Shown here piece after piece: positions 9,074 to 18,106 of a stretch of 64,000 nt of DNA. Position 1 is the first letter of the stretch; each line of letters begins with the position of its first letter. Made by a program: the position numbers and the translations under genes. The notes under the pieces were generated by a model. It worked only from the letters and a program-made list of their open reading frames with translations, made no database searches and was not told the DNA's origin. The stretch covers positions 3 through 64,002 of the forward strand of contig CAJKZP010000001.1 of assembly GCA_905204415.1 (NCBI GenBank). Reading direction: 5' to 3'. The DNA is from an uncultured Collinsella sp. (GTDB lineage: Bacteria; Actinomycetota; Coriobacteriia; Coriobacteriales; Coriobacteriaceae).

Positions 9074-10237
9074 ATGCAGGCATCGCAGCGTCTCGACCGC
9101 TTTGGCGCGGAGGTCTTCGCCTCGCTCAACAACAAGCTTCTCGCGCTGAAGGCTCAGGGCAAGACCATTTACAACATGAGCGTGGGCACGCCCGACTTTA
9201 AGCCGTACGACCACGTGGTCGAGGCGCTCACACAAGCCGCCCAAGATCCCGAGATGTGGAAGTATGCCCTGCGCGATCTGCCCGAACTCAAGCAAGCCGT
9301 GTGCGATTACTATGAGCGTCGCTTTGGCGTTTCGGGCATTACGCCGTCTATGGTGCAGTCGTGCAACGGCACGCAGGAGGGCGTGGGCCATTTGGGCCTG
9401 GCTCTGCTCGATCCGGGTGACACCATTTTGGTTCCCGATCCGTGCTACCCGGTCTTTGAGGCGGGTGCCAAGATCGCCGATGCCAAGCTCGAATACTATC
9501 CGCTGGTTGCCGAGCACAATTACCTGCCCTATGTGACGGGTATCGATCCCGAGGTTGCCGATCGTGCCAAGTACATGATCGTGTCGCTGCCCGCGAACCC
9601 GGTCGGCTCGGTGGGCACGCCCGAGGTCTACGAGGAGATTATCGCCTTTGCCCGCGAGCATGATCTGTTGATCGTCCATGATAACGCGTACTCCGACATC
9701 GTGTTTGACGGCGAGCCCGGCGGCAGCTTCTTGCAGTATCCCGGCGCGCTCGAGGTGGGCGTTGAGTTCTTCTCGCTCTCCAAGTCGTTTAACGTCACCG
9801 GTGCCCGCATCGGCTTTTTGGTCGGTCGCGAGGATGTGGTCTCTGCCTTTGCCAAGCTGCGCGGCCAGATCGACTTTGGTATGTTCTTCCCGATTCAGAA
9901 GGCCGCCATCGCGTGCCTGAACGGTCCGCGCGATGAGGTCGAGGCGCAGCGTCTGAAGTACCAGGAACGCCGCGATGCCCTGTGCGACGGTCTTGAGGGC
10001 CTGGGCTGGGAGCGTCCCAACGCGCATGGCTCTATGTTTGTGTGGGCCAAGCTTCCCGGTGGTCGCACCGATTCCATGGCGTTTTGCGAGGAGCTCATGG
10101 AGAAGGCCGGCGTTGTGGTGACGCCGGGCGCGAGCTTTGGCCCTTCGGGCGAGGGGCACGTGCGCATGGCGCTGGTCCTGCCGCCCGATCAGATCGCTTT
10201 GGCTGTCGAGGCCATTCGCGAGGCGGGCCTGTATTAG
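9074..10237 (+). CDS. PLP-dependent class I/II aminotransferase (LL-DAP/AlaC-like)
   Basis: PANPVG, HDNAYSDI, SLSKSFNVTGARIGF (PLP lysine) and PGASFGPSGEGHVR. Confidence 0.85.
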   Translation: MQASQRLDRFGAEVFASLNNKLLALKAQGKTIYNMSVGTPDFKPYDHVVEALTQAAQDPEMWKYALRDLPELKQAVCDYYERRFGVSGITPSMVQSCNGTQEGVGHLGLALLDPGDTILVPDPCYPVFEAGAKIADAKLEYYPLVAEHNYLPYVTGIDPEVADRAKYMIVSLPANPVGSVGTPEVYEEIIAFAREHDLLIVHDNAYSDIVFDGEPGGSFLQYPGALEVGVEFFSLSKSFNVTGARIGFLVGREDVVSAFAKLRGQIDFGMFFPIQKAAIACLNGPRDEVEAQRLKYQERRDALCDGLEGLGWERPNAHGSMFVWAKLPGGRTDSMAFCEELMEKAGVVVTPGASFGPSGEGHVRMALVLPPDQIALAVEAIREAGLY

Positions 10238-10438
10238 AAACCTATTTCGACTCGTCAATAGCTCGAAACCGATTTCGTGCAGTTATTTTACGAATTCTGC
10301 AAACAATTTCGGTAAACGGTCGATTTTTGGCTGCGAATAGGAGCATAATCAAAGTCCCGATTGGATGTATTGGGATTACGACAAGCCGCTCGGGTCGTTC
10401 CCGGGCGGCTTGTTTGTGGAGAGAGATGGGAGTTTCTA

Positions 10439-11389
10439 ATGGTTAACGAGAAGAAGGTCGCTATTGTCGGCTGCGGTTTCGTCGGTTCGTCTTCGGCGTT
10501 CGCACTGATGCAGAGTGGTCTGTTCTCCGAGATGGTCCTCATCGACGTGGACAAGAACCGCGCCGAGGGTGAGGCCCTGGATATCGCGCACGGCATGACG
10601 TTTGCCGAGCCGATGAAGATCTACGCCGGCGATTATTCCGATGTCGCCGACGCCGCCATGATCGTCGTCACCGCTGGCGCTGCCCAGAAGCCCGGTGAGA
10701 CCCGCCTGGACCTGGTCAACAAGAACGTAAACATCTTTAAGTCCATTATCCCCGAGATTAAGAAGTCCGGCTTCGACGGCATTCTGCTAATCGTCTCCAA
10801 CCCGGTTGATGTTCTGACCTATGCTGCCATCAAGATGTCCGGCCTGTCCGAGGGCCATGTCATCGGCTCCGGCACCGTGCTCGACACTGGCCGTCTGCAG
10901 CAGATGCTTGGTGCCCACGTCGAGGTTGACCCGCGCGATGTCCAGGCCTATGTCATGGGCGAGCACGGTGACTCCGAGTTTGTCGCTTGGTCCAGCGCTC
11001 AGGTTGCTGGCGTTCCGCTGAACACCTTCTGCGAGCTTCACGGCCACCTGGAGCATGAGGCTGCCGAGAAGCGCATCGCCGAGGACGTCAAGAACTCCGC
11101 CTACACCATCATCGAGAAGAAGCACGCCACCTACTACGGCGTCGCCATGGCCGTCAAGCGCATCTGCACCGCTGTCATGCGCGATGAGCAGACCGTTCTG
11201 CCCGTTTCCTCGCTCATGGTGGGCGAGTATGGCCTGTCCGATCTGGCTATCTCCATGCCGACGGTCGTTGGCCGTGACGGCGTCGTCTGCCGCGTTCCCG
11301 TGCCGTTGAACGATGACGAGCAGCATGAGCTCACCGCCTCCGCCAAGGCCCTCAAGGACATCATCGACAGCGTCGACTTCTCCTGCTAA
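10439..11389 (+). CDS. ldh: L-lactate dehydrogenase
   Basis: GCGFVG, TAGAAQKPGETRLDL, SNPVD, GSGTVLDTGR, MGEHGDS and ATYYG motifs. Confidence 0.95.
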   Translation: MVNEKKVAIVGCGFVGSSSAFALMQSGLFSEMVLIDVDKNRAEGEALDIAHGMTFAEPMKIYAGDYSDVADAAMIVVTAGAAQKPGETRLDLVNKNVNIFKSIIPEIKKSGFDGILLIVSNPVDVLTYAAIKMSGLSEGHVIGSGTVLDTGRLQQMLGAHVEVDPRDVQAYVMGEHGDSEFVAWSSAQVAGVPLNTFCELHGHLEHEAAEKRIAEDVKNSAYTIIEKKHATYYGVAMAVKRICTAVMRDEQTVLPVSSLMVGEYGLSDLAISMPTVVGRDGVVCRVPVPLNDDEQHELTASAKALKDIIDSVDFSC

Positions 11390-11420
11390 ACCAAGCTCTC
11401 TAGAGCGAAAAGCTACAATG

Positions 11421-11456
11421 AAGGCGTCCGGGCCCACACGGCCCGGGCGCCTTTTT
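11421..11456 (+). terminator. Intrinsic terminator after ldh
   Basis: AAGGCGTCCGGGCC-cacac-GGCCCGGGCGCCTTTTT. Confidence 0.8.
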
Positions 11457-11486
11457 GGTGCAAAGTAACCTGACCCCAATGCACCA
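11455..11486 (+). repeat. REP-like short element, direct repeat with 12681-12712
   Basis: TTGGTGCAaagtAACCTGACCCCaaTGCACCA; 27/32 identical to 12681-12712. Confidence 0.65.
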
Positions 11487-11498
11487 TCCCTATACACC

Positions 11499-12677
11499 AT
11501 GGTTGATGGGAGGGCCATGTCGGATTCGCCTAATTTTTTGACCTATGCCCAGACGGCGTTTGATCCGTTTGAGGAGCGGCCGTTCTGCGCGGTGGATAGC
11601 CTGGTCTTTGCGTGGTTGTCCTATTTGCGTTTGCCGGGTGATATGGCGGAGCTGACGAACTGGCAGGGCCTAGACGTACGCGAGCTGCTGCGTGCCGAGT
11701 GCTACCGGGACATGATTGGCGACTTGTGGGACCCGGAGGGCAGCAGGGCCTTGTTGGAGGCCGTGGCAGCAAGTCCTCGCTACCGTGGCGTGAACGTTTG
11801 CGGCTATCGTGCCGTGAGCGATGTGGTGGCGACGGAGCAGTTTGCAGCCATGACGTTCCGGTTTCCGGCGGGGTTTAGCTATCTTTCCTTCCGGGGGACC
11901 GACAGCACGATTGTGGGCTGGAAAGAGGACTTTAACATGGCGTTTCGGTATCCTGTGCCGGCCCAGGAATCCGCGGCGCGTTATGTGGACGAGGCGGCGG
12001 ATGCGATTGACGGGCCGCTTTTGTGCGGAGGTCATTCCAAGGGTGGAAACCTTGCGGTGTACGGTGCGGCGATGTGTTCCGATGCCGCCCGTGAGCGAAT
12101 CGAACGGGCGTATTCCCATGATGGTCCGGGCTTCGTCGAGGAGTTTCTGAACGGCAACGCCTTTGCGAGCCTTTCTGGTCGTATCGATAAAACCCTGCCC
12201 CAGTCTTCGATCTTCGGCATGATGTTCGAGACACAGGAGGACTATGCCATCGTTGAGAGCACCGAGTTCAGCCTGCTGCAGCACAATCCCTTTAGCTGGG
12301 TGGTCGACGGCTGCGATTTTGTGTATTGCGAACGCCTGTCTGCTGGCGCGCGATATGTTGACGGCTCTATTCGCGAGATGCTGCTTGCAGTGTCACCTGG
12401 CGAGCGCGAGCGTTTTGTAGATGCGTTGTTCTCCGTGTTTGAGGCTACGGGTGCTGAGCGGTTTGCGGATATCGCTGGGAATCTGCGCGAGAGCCTGCCC
12501 GTGATGCTCCAGGCTGCGCAAGGCTTTGACAAGGATACGCGCCGTTTTGTCTCGCAGACCATCGTGGCAATCCTTAAATGCGCACTGCTGCCCAAACGAC
12601 CTCAGATCGACATGCCCGCTGCCGGCAAGAGTTTGGCAGAACAGCTCGAGGCTTGGCAGTCCGAGCTCCTGCGCTAG
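11499..12677 (+). CDS. DUF2974 (Mbeg1-like) alpha/beta hydrolase
   Basis: QFAAMTF, SFRGTDSTIVGWKEDFNM, GGHSKGGNLA (GxSxG) and HDGPGF; start may be 11517. Confidence 0.85.
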   Translation: MVDGRAMSDSPNFLTYAQTAFDPFEERPFCAVDSLVFAWLSYLRLPGDMAELTNWQGLDVRELLRAECYRDMIGDLWDPEGSRALLEAVAASPRYRGVNVCGYRAVSDVVATEQFAAMTFRFPAGFSYLSFRGTDSTIVGWKEDFNMAFRYPVPAQESAARYVDEAADAIDGPLLCGGHSKGGNLAVYGAAMCSDAARERIERAYSHDGPGFVEEFLNGNAFASLSGRIDKTLPQSSIFGMMFETQEDYAIVESTEFSLLQHNPFSWVVDGCDFVYCERLSAGARYVDGSIREMLLAVSPGERERFVDALFSVFEATGAERFADIAGNLRESLPVMLQAAQGFDKDTRRFVSQTIVAILKCALLPKRPQIDMPAAGKSLAEQLEAWQSELLR

Positions 12678-12680
12678 CCA

Positions 12681-12712
12681 TTGGTGCAAAGCAACCTGTC
12701 CCCGATGCGTCA
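12681..12712 (+). repeat. REP-like short element, direct repeat with 11455-11486
   Basis: TTGGTGCAaagcAACCTGTCCCCgaTGCGTCA. Confidence 0.65.
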
Positions 12713-12788
12713 ACCTTCGATGCACCTGGGGCTGGCTCGACCGCTATACTGGTTCGTGCCGAAATCGATCTAGAACGGAATGCCGTAT

Positions 12789-13793
12789 ATGAAAATCAAT
12801 CATGCGATTCTGCATATCCTGGACTTTGACTCTGCCGTCAATGTCATGAGCCAGCGCGAGCTCGATATCGAGAGCCGTACCGTGCGCAACTTCGTGACCA
12901 CGCATCTGCGCCGCGCACGTACCTCGGCCGACAATAAACGCGCCACGTTTGCCGAGAACTCTGCGTTTGGCGGCGAGCTCAAGGGCTATTTCTTTGGCGA
13001 GCGCGAGTTCGTTGACCTGTCGCAGCAGATTGCGGAGTTTATTTCCTCCGAGCTCACCAAAGCCGAGAAAGCCGAGTCCACTGACGTGCTTGTGGCGGAC
13101 TTTGACGACGATGAGGATGCCCGCTGGTTTGCCGTAATGCTGCTGGGCTCCAAGCAGGCTTTTATGCACGAAGTGGGCCGCGAGGAAGGGGAGGTGCGCA
13201 ACGACATCGCACGTCACTACGCCATTCTGCCGAACCCCTCGCAAAAGGTGCCGAGCTATGCCATCGTGCGCGCGAGTACCATGGAGATCGGCTACGTGGA
13301 CAAGAAGCGCAAGATTGCCGGCGAGGACCGTATGCTTATCCCCGATGGCCTGCTGCAGTGCGACACGGGCGTATCGGGCAAGGAGGTCATCGACACGGTG
13401 ACGCGTGTGGTCGAGGAAGTTGCCGAGGAGCACGGTGCCAACACGGCCGTAGCGCTCGCTAAGGTTAAGACTGCCGTTGCCGAGAAGGTTGAGGATGACG
13501 AGGAGCTGCCGCCTTGGGATATCGTCGATGAGGTCTTTGAGGACGAACCGGTTATCAAGGAGAACGTGCGCGCGGCACTGACCGAGGAGAAGGTGCCTGA
13601 GCGTGTGCCCGTGGAGCGCAAGCAGGTCGAACGCGCGGCGGTGCGCAATCACAAGATCCGTACCGACACGGGTATCGAGATCAGCTTCCCGGCCGAGATG
13701 GGTTCGAACTCCGAGTACATCGAGTTTGTCAACGAGCCCAACGGCCTCATCTCCATCGAGCTCAAAAATATCGGCAGCATCGAGAATCGATAA
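12789..13793 (+). CDS. Nucleoid-associated protein (YejK/NdpA-like)
   Basis: MKINHAILHILD N-terminus, acidic composition and C-terminal HKIRTDTGIEISFP...NGLISIELKNI. Confidence 0.75.
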   Translation: MKINHAILHILDFDSAVNVMSQRELDIESRTVRNFVTTHLRRARTSADNKRATFAENSAFGGELKGYFFGEREFVDLSQQIAEFISSELTKAEKAESTDVLVADFDDDEDARWFAVMLLGSKQAFMHEVGREEGEVRNDIARHYAILPNPSQKVPSYAIVRASTMEIGYVDKKRKIAGEDRMLIPDGLLQCDTGVSGKEVIDTVTRVVEEVAEEHGANTAVALAKVKTAVAEKVEDDEELPPWDIVDEVFEDEPVIKENVRAALTEEKVPERVPVERKQVERAAVRNHKIRTDTGIEISFPAEMGSNSEYIEFVNEPNGLISIELKNIGSIENR

Positions 13794-13821
13794 GTTGCGT
13801 TGCGCCTACAGCGAGAAAGTA

Positions 13822-13851
13822 AAGGCCGAAGCTTCTTGGGGCTTCGGCCTT
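13822..13851. terminator. Terminator hairpin between convergent genes
   Basis: AAGGCCGAAGCttc-ttg-gGGCTTCGGCCTT. Confidence 0.7.
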
Positions 13852-13889
13852 CTTGTTTGGGGATGAATTGCCCCGCAGGTTGAGCATGA

Positions 13890-13925
13890 GTCAGCGAAAA
13901 CGCGGTTTGTCAAAACCGCGTAACT
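13890..13925 (-). repeat. Internally deleted copy of the family-1 element
   Basis: Minus strand AGTTACGCGGTTTTGACAAACCGCGTTTTCGCTGAC joins the 5' hairpin directly to the 3' end seen in copy 2; lies right after the dapH stop. Confidence 0.7.
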
Positions 13926-13926
13926 A

Positions 13927-14646
13927 TTAAAGCTGGCGCAGGCCTTCCTCGAGACCGGTCTTGCTGTCGGTCTTCTCGTCGCGCATCTTGATGACGCGGG
14001 CGGGGACACCGGCCACGACGGCACCGGCGGGGACGTCCTCGACGCACACGGCGCCGGCGGCAACGACAGCGCCCTTGCCTACGTGCACGCCCTCCAGGAC
14101 CACGGCGTTGGCGCCAATCATGACGTCATCCTCGATGATGACGGGCGTGGCGCTCGCGGGCTCAACGACGCCTGCCAGTACGGTGCCGGCGCCGATGTGG
14201 CAGTTCTTGCCCACGGTGGCGCGGCCGCCCAGCACGGCGCCCATGTCGATCATGGAGCCTTCGCCAATGATGGAACCGATGTTGATGATGGCGCCCATCA
14301 TGATGACGGCGCGGTCGCCGATCTCGACGCGGTCGCGGATGATCGCGCCCGGCTCAATGCGGGCGTTGATGCCCTTAAGGTCGAGCATAGGGACGGCGGA
14401 GTTGCGGCAGTCATTCTCGACGTCGTAGTAGTCGATGGAGTCGGCATTGGCATCGAGGATGGCCTTGAGCTCATCCCAGTCGCCAAAGACGGTCTTGCCG
14501 CGACGACCACCGTAGACGTGTGCATTGACCCACTGGACCTTCATGCCCGGCTTCTCGCGCACGTACAGCTTGACGGGCGTCTTTTTGGGCGCGGTGGCGA
14601 TGTAGTTGATAATCTCTTGTGCATCCATCTCGGCTGCGTTGCTCAT
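13927..14646 (-). CDS. dapH: Tetrahydrodipicolinate N-acetyltransferase (DapH/DapD type)
   Basis: [42 protein letters not shown], hexapeptide repeats and [14 protein letters not shown]. Confidence 0.9.
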   Translation of the reverse strand: MSNAAEMDAQEIINYIATAPKKTPVKLYVREKPGMKVQWVNAHVYGGRRGKTVFGDWDELKAILDANADSIDYYDVENDCRNSAVPMLDLKGINARIEPGAIIRDRVEIGDRAVIMMGAIINIGSIIGEGSMIDMGAVLGGRATVGKNCHIGAGTVLAGVVEPASATPVIIEDDVMIGANAVVLEGVHVGKGAVVAAGAVCVEDVPAGAVVAGVPARVIKMRDEKTDSKTGLEEGLRQL

Positions 14647-14685
14647 TTGCTGTCTCTCCTTTGGGTGGATCCGGTTGATACCTGG

Positions 14686-15426
14686 TTAGGCAAACATGAC
14701 CTGGTCGAACGTATAGAAGCCAGGCTCGCGGGTGACGAGCTTCTGCGCGGCTGCCAGGGCGCCGTTGACGAAGATCTGACGGCTCGTGGCGCGGTGCGTG
14801 AGCGTGACCTCCTCATCCTGGCCAAAGAAACTCACTTCGTGGACGCCGGCGACAGTGCCACCGCGCAGCGAGTGCATGCCGATCTCCTTGGGGTCGCGCG
14901 CTCCGCACATGCCCTCGCGGCCATAGACGGGGTGGTAGCCTGCCTCGGGCTCAGCTTCGACGACGGCGTCGAGCAGTAGCTTGGCAGTGCCGCTGGGGGC
15001 GTCAACCTTTTGGTTGTGGTGCGTCTCGACGATTTCGCAGTCAAAGCCGGGCAGCTCGCGTGTGGCCTGCGCTACCAGATGGCGCAGGGCTGCGATGCCG
15101 ATGGAGTAATTGCCGGAGTGCATGACGCGGGCGTTCTGACCCAGCTCGCGCAGGCGGTCCATCTGCTCGGGCGTATAGCCTGTGGTGCCCGAGACCAACG
15201 CCGCACCCGTGCGCTCGACATAGGCGACGACGGTATCGAAGGTCACGACGTTTGAGAAGTCGATGATGACGTCGGCTGCCGGGGCGTTCTCGAGCTCGGA
15301 CAAGTCGAAGCCAATCTGGGCGACGATGTCGAAAACGGGCTCTCCGGCGGCGTCGACAATGCCCTCGGCGGTAGTGCGAATGAGCGAGCCCATGCGGCCC
15401 GTTCCCATAATGACGGTCTTAATCAA
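14686..15426 (-). CDS. dapB: 4-hydroxy-tetrahydrodipicolinate reductase
   Basis: GTGRMG, IDFS, SGTTG, ETHHNQKVDAPSGTA and RGGTVAGVH. Confidence 0.95.
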   Translation of the reverse strand: MIKTVIMGTGRMGSLIRTTAEGIVDAAGEPVFDIVAQIGFDLSELENAPAADVIIDFSNVVTFDTVVAYVERTGAALVSGTTGYTPEQMDRLRELGQNARVMHSGNYSIGIAALRHLVAQATRELPGFDCEIVETHHNQKVDAPSGTAKLLLDAVVEAEPEAGYHPVYGREGMCGARDPKEIGMHSLRGGTVAGVHEVSFFGQDEEVTLTHRATSRQIFVNGALAAAQKLVTREPGFYTFDQVMFA

Positions 15427-17728
15427 GCAGACCAGCTCCCTTCAGAGCATCGGTAAGTGCAGCGCGCGTGTCGTCTGCCATGGGGCATAGCGGCATGCGG
15501 TAGTTTGCCTCGATCATACCCATCTGAGCGAGCGCTTCCTTGACGGGGATGGGGTTGACCTCGCTAAAGAGGGCATTGATGAGCGGCTGGCCGGCAATCT
15601 GGATATCGCGGGCGCGCGCCACGTCACCGTCCAAATAGGCGCGGCACATGTCATGCACGAGCTGCGGCTGAACGTCAGCCCATACACTGATGGTGCCCGA
15701 AGCGCCCAGGCTCATGAGCGGCACGGTAAGCGCGTCCTCGCCCGAGTACATGCGGAAGTCGTCGGACAGCAGGTGGGCGATCTTGGCCGCGTAGGCGACG
15801 TTGCCCGAGGCCTCCTTAATACCCATGATGTTGGGGTGCGCGGCCAAGCGCTCTACGTTGCGCTCGCTGATGCCGCAGCCGCAGCGGCCGGGAATGTTGT
15901 ACAGGATGCAGGGGATGTCCACGGCATCGGCGACGGTCTTAAAGTGCTGATAGATACCCTCTTCATTGGACTTGTTGTAGTAGGGGGTAATGAGCAGCAG
16001 ACCGTCGGCGCCCAGGCCTTGGTAGGTGAGCGACTTGGTGAGCATGGTTTGCGTGGAGTTGGAGCCCGAGCCGGCGATGACGGGGACGCGTCCTGCAACT
16101 TGCTTGACCACTGCGGCGACAACGGAGTTGTCCTCGTCGTCGGTCATCGTGGCGCTCTCGCCGGTGGTGCCCAGGGTGAGGATGGCGTCGGTGCCGTTTT
16201 GCAGGTGGAAATCGATAAGGTGCTCGAGCGCGTCAAAGTCGACACTGCCGTCCTTTTTAAACGGCGTAACAAGGGCGACGATTGAGCCCTCAAGATTGCG
16301 GATGTCCATGTTCTTCTCCTTCGCGTCCGCGATCTGGATGCGTTTGTTCCATTGGGCGGCGACTGCCAGGCGCTCGTCTTGGGCACGACGGCGGGCACTT
16401 TCGGCGCGCGACTTGGCCAGCAGCTCTCGGCCGCTTGGCAACACGTCGAGTGTGGCAAAATAATCGCCCGGGCGCTCGGCACGGCGGATGAGGTCGGCCG
16501 AGCCATCGGGACGCAGCAGGACCTCGGCGGAGCGCAGCCGGCCGTTGTAGTTGTAGCCCATGGAGTAGCCATGCGCGCCGGTATCGTGAATCACAAGCAG
16601 GTCGCCCATGTCGATATGCGGCAGTTCGCGATCGATGGCGAACTTGTCGTTGTTCTCGCATAGGTTGCCCGTGATGTCGTAGGTGTCCGTGACGGGTGCT
16701 GTGGTCTTGCCGGCTCCACCCGGCTGGCCCATTACCGTAATGTGGTGGTAAGCGCCATACATGGCAGGACGGATCAGATCGACGGCGCTTGCATCGACAC
16801 CGATATAGTCCTTGTAGATCTGCTTCTCGTGGATGGCCTTGGTGACCAAGCAGCCATAGGGGCCCATCATAAAGCGGCCCATCTCGGTGCAGATGGCCAC
16901 ATCGCCCATACCGGCGGGGACCAGAATCTCGTCGTAGGCCGCGTGCACTCCCTCGCCGATGGCGTGAATGTCGTTGGCCTGCTGCTCGGGCAGATAGGGG
17001 ATGCCGACGCCGCCGGACAGATTGATAAAGGCGACATGTGCGCCGGTCTCGCGCTCCAGGCGCACGGCGAGCTCAAAGAGGATGCGCGCGAGCTTGGGGT
17101 AGTAGTCGTTGGTGACGGTATTGCTGGCAAGGAATGCGTGGATGCCAAAGTTTTCGGCGCCCTTGGTCTTGAGCATGCGGAAGGCCTCGAAGAGCTGCTC
17201 GGTGGTCATGCCGTACTTGGAGTCGCCCGGGTTGTCCATGATGCCGTTGGAGAGCTGGAACAGGCCGCCCGGATTAAAGCGGCAGCTGACCGTCTTGGGG
17301 ATGGGCCCCGCAACGCGCTCAAAGAACTCGATGTGGCTGATGTCGTCAAAGTTGACGATGGCACCCAATTTGTCGGCCAGCTCAAAGTCGGCAGCCGGCG
17401 TGTCGTTGGACGAGAACATGATGTCGTGTCCCGTGATGCCCAGCGAACGGGCGATCATGAGCTCGGTATAGCTCGAGCAATCGCAGCCGCAGCCGTATTC
17501 GTTGAGAATGGAGATGAGCGCCGGGTTGGGATTGGCCTTGACGGCAAAGTATTCCTTAAAGCCCGGGTTCCATGCGAAGGCGTCGCGCACCTCTTGCATG
17601 TTGCGGCGGATGCCCGCCTCGTCATATAGATGAAATGGCGTGGGGAACTGCTCGACGATATGCTCGAGCGTCTCCTTGTCCACAAACGGCTGCTTGGCCG
17701 CATATGCCTCGTTGGGGGTCAATGCCAT
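15419..17728 (-). CDS. lysA-dapA: In-frame fusion of diaminopimelate decarboxylase (LysA) and 4-hydroxy-tetrahydrodipicolinate synthase (DapA)
   Basis: N-half FPTPFHLYDE, FAVKANPN, GNLCENND, HDTGAHG, YNYNGRLR; C-half ALVTPF, GTTGES, PYYNK, YNIPGR, GIKEASG, NPIPVK; no stop codon between them. Confidence 0.9.
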   Translation of the reverse strand: MALTPNEAYAAKQPFVDKETLEHIVEQFPTPFHLYDEAGIRRNMQEVRDAFAWNPGFKEYFAVKANPNPALISILNEYGCGCDCSSYTELMIARSLGITGHDIMFSSNDTPAADFELADKLGAIVNFDDISHIEFFERVAGPIPKTVSCRFNPGGLFQLSNGIMDNPGDSKYGMTTEQLFEAFRMLKTKGAENFGIHAFLASNTVTNDYYPKLARILFELAVRLERETGAHVAFINLSGGVGIPYLPEQQANDIHAIGEGVHAAYDEILVPAGMGDVAICTEMGRFMMGPYGCLVTKAIHEKQIYKDYIGVDASAVDLIRPAMYGAYHHITVMGQPGGAGKTTAPVTDTYDITGNLCENNDKFAIDRELPHIDMGDLLVIHDTGAHGYSMGYNYNGRLRSAEVLLRPDGSADLIRRAERPGDYFATLDVLPSGRELLAKSRAESARRRAQDERLAVAAQWNKRIQIADAKEKNMDIRNLEGSIVALVTPFKKDGSVDFDALEHLIDFHLQNGTDAILTLGTTGESATMTDDEDNSVVAAVVKQVAGRVPVIAGSGSNSTQTMLTKSLTYQGLGADGLLLITPYYNKSNEEGIYQHFKTVADAVDIPCILYNIPGRCGCGISERNVERLAAHPNIMGIKEASGNVAYAAKIAHLLSDDFRMYSGEDALTVPLMSLGASGTISVWADVQPQLVHDMCRAYLDGDVARARDIQIAGQPLINALFSEVNPIPVKEALAQMGMIEANYRMPLCPMADDTRAALTDALKGAGLLD

Positions 17729-17799
17729 GTCCCGTAAACCTCGCTATCCAGACGGCGCCATCTGCGCATCGAATCCGCATAGCGTGGACCCAATGTCCG

Positions 17800-17956
17800 G
17801 ATAGCGCTCCCGCATTGCTGCAGACAGTCCTGTGGGTGTTTCCCGCAGGCCCACCAGGTTGTTCGTGCCCGAAAAGCCCAGTTCGGCGGGTTTCGCCTCC
17901 CCACGGGGTCAAAGCCTGCCGGCTCGCCCGCGGTTCTTCGTGCCCGCGCCTCTATC
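17800..17956 (-). ncRNA. Lysine riboswitch (L-box)
   Basis: Minus strand GATAGAGGCGCG...GGGGAGG...CGCCGAA...GGGCCTG...CAGGACTGTC...GGAGCGCTATC matches the L-box conserved blocks; 5' of lysA-dapA-dapB-dapH. Confidence 0.88.
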
Positions 17957-18106
17957 AAGTGGTAACGACCCTACCACGTTGCACTTTAGCAAACAAGAGT
18001 ATTCGTATATAACGTTTAAAAAATGCAGCAATATGCTGGAAACATGTGTGCCACAATCCTGTATCACAATAAGTTGCAACAGATATGCCTCACGAAGGGA
18101 TCTTCT

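Noticed and set aside
10238..10335. GAAACC(T/G)ATTTCG repeated twice upstream of ldh
   Set aside because: Only two 13-mers with no recognisable consensus; too weak to call an operator.
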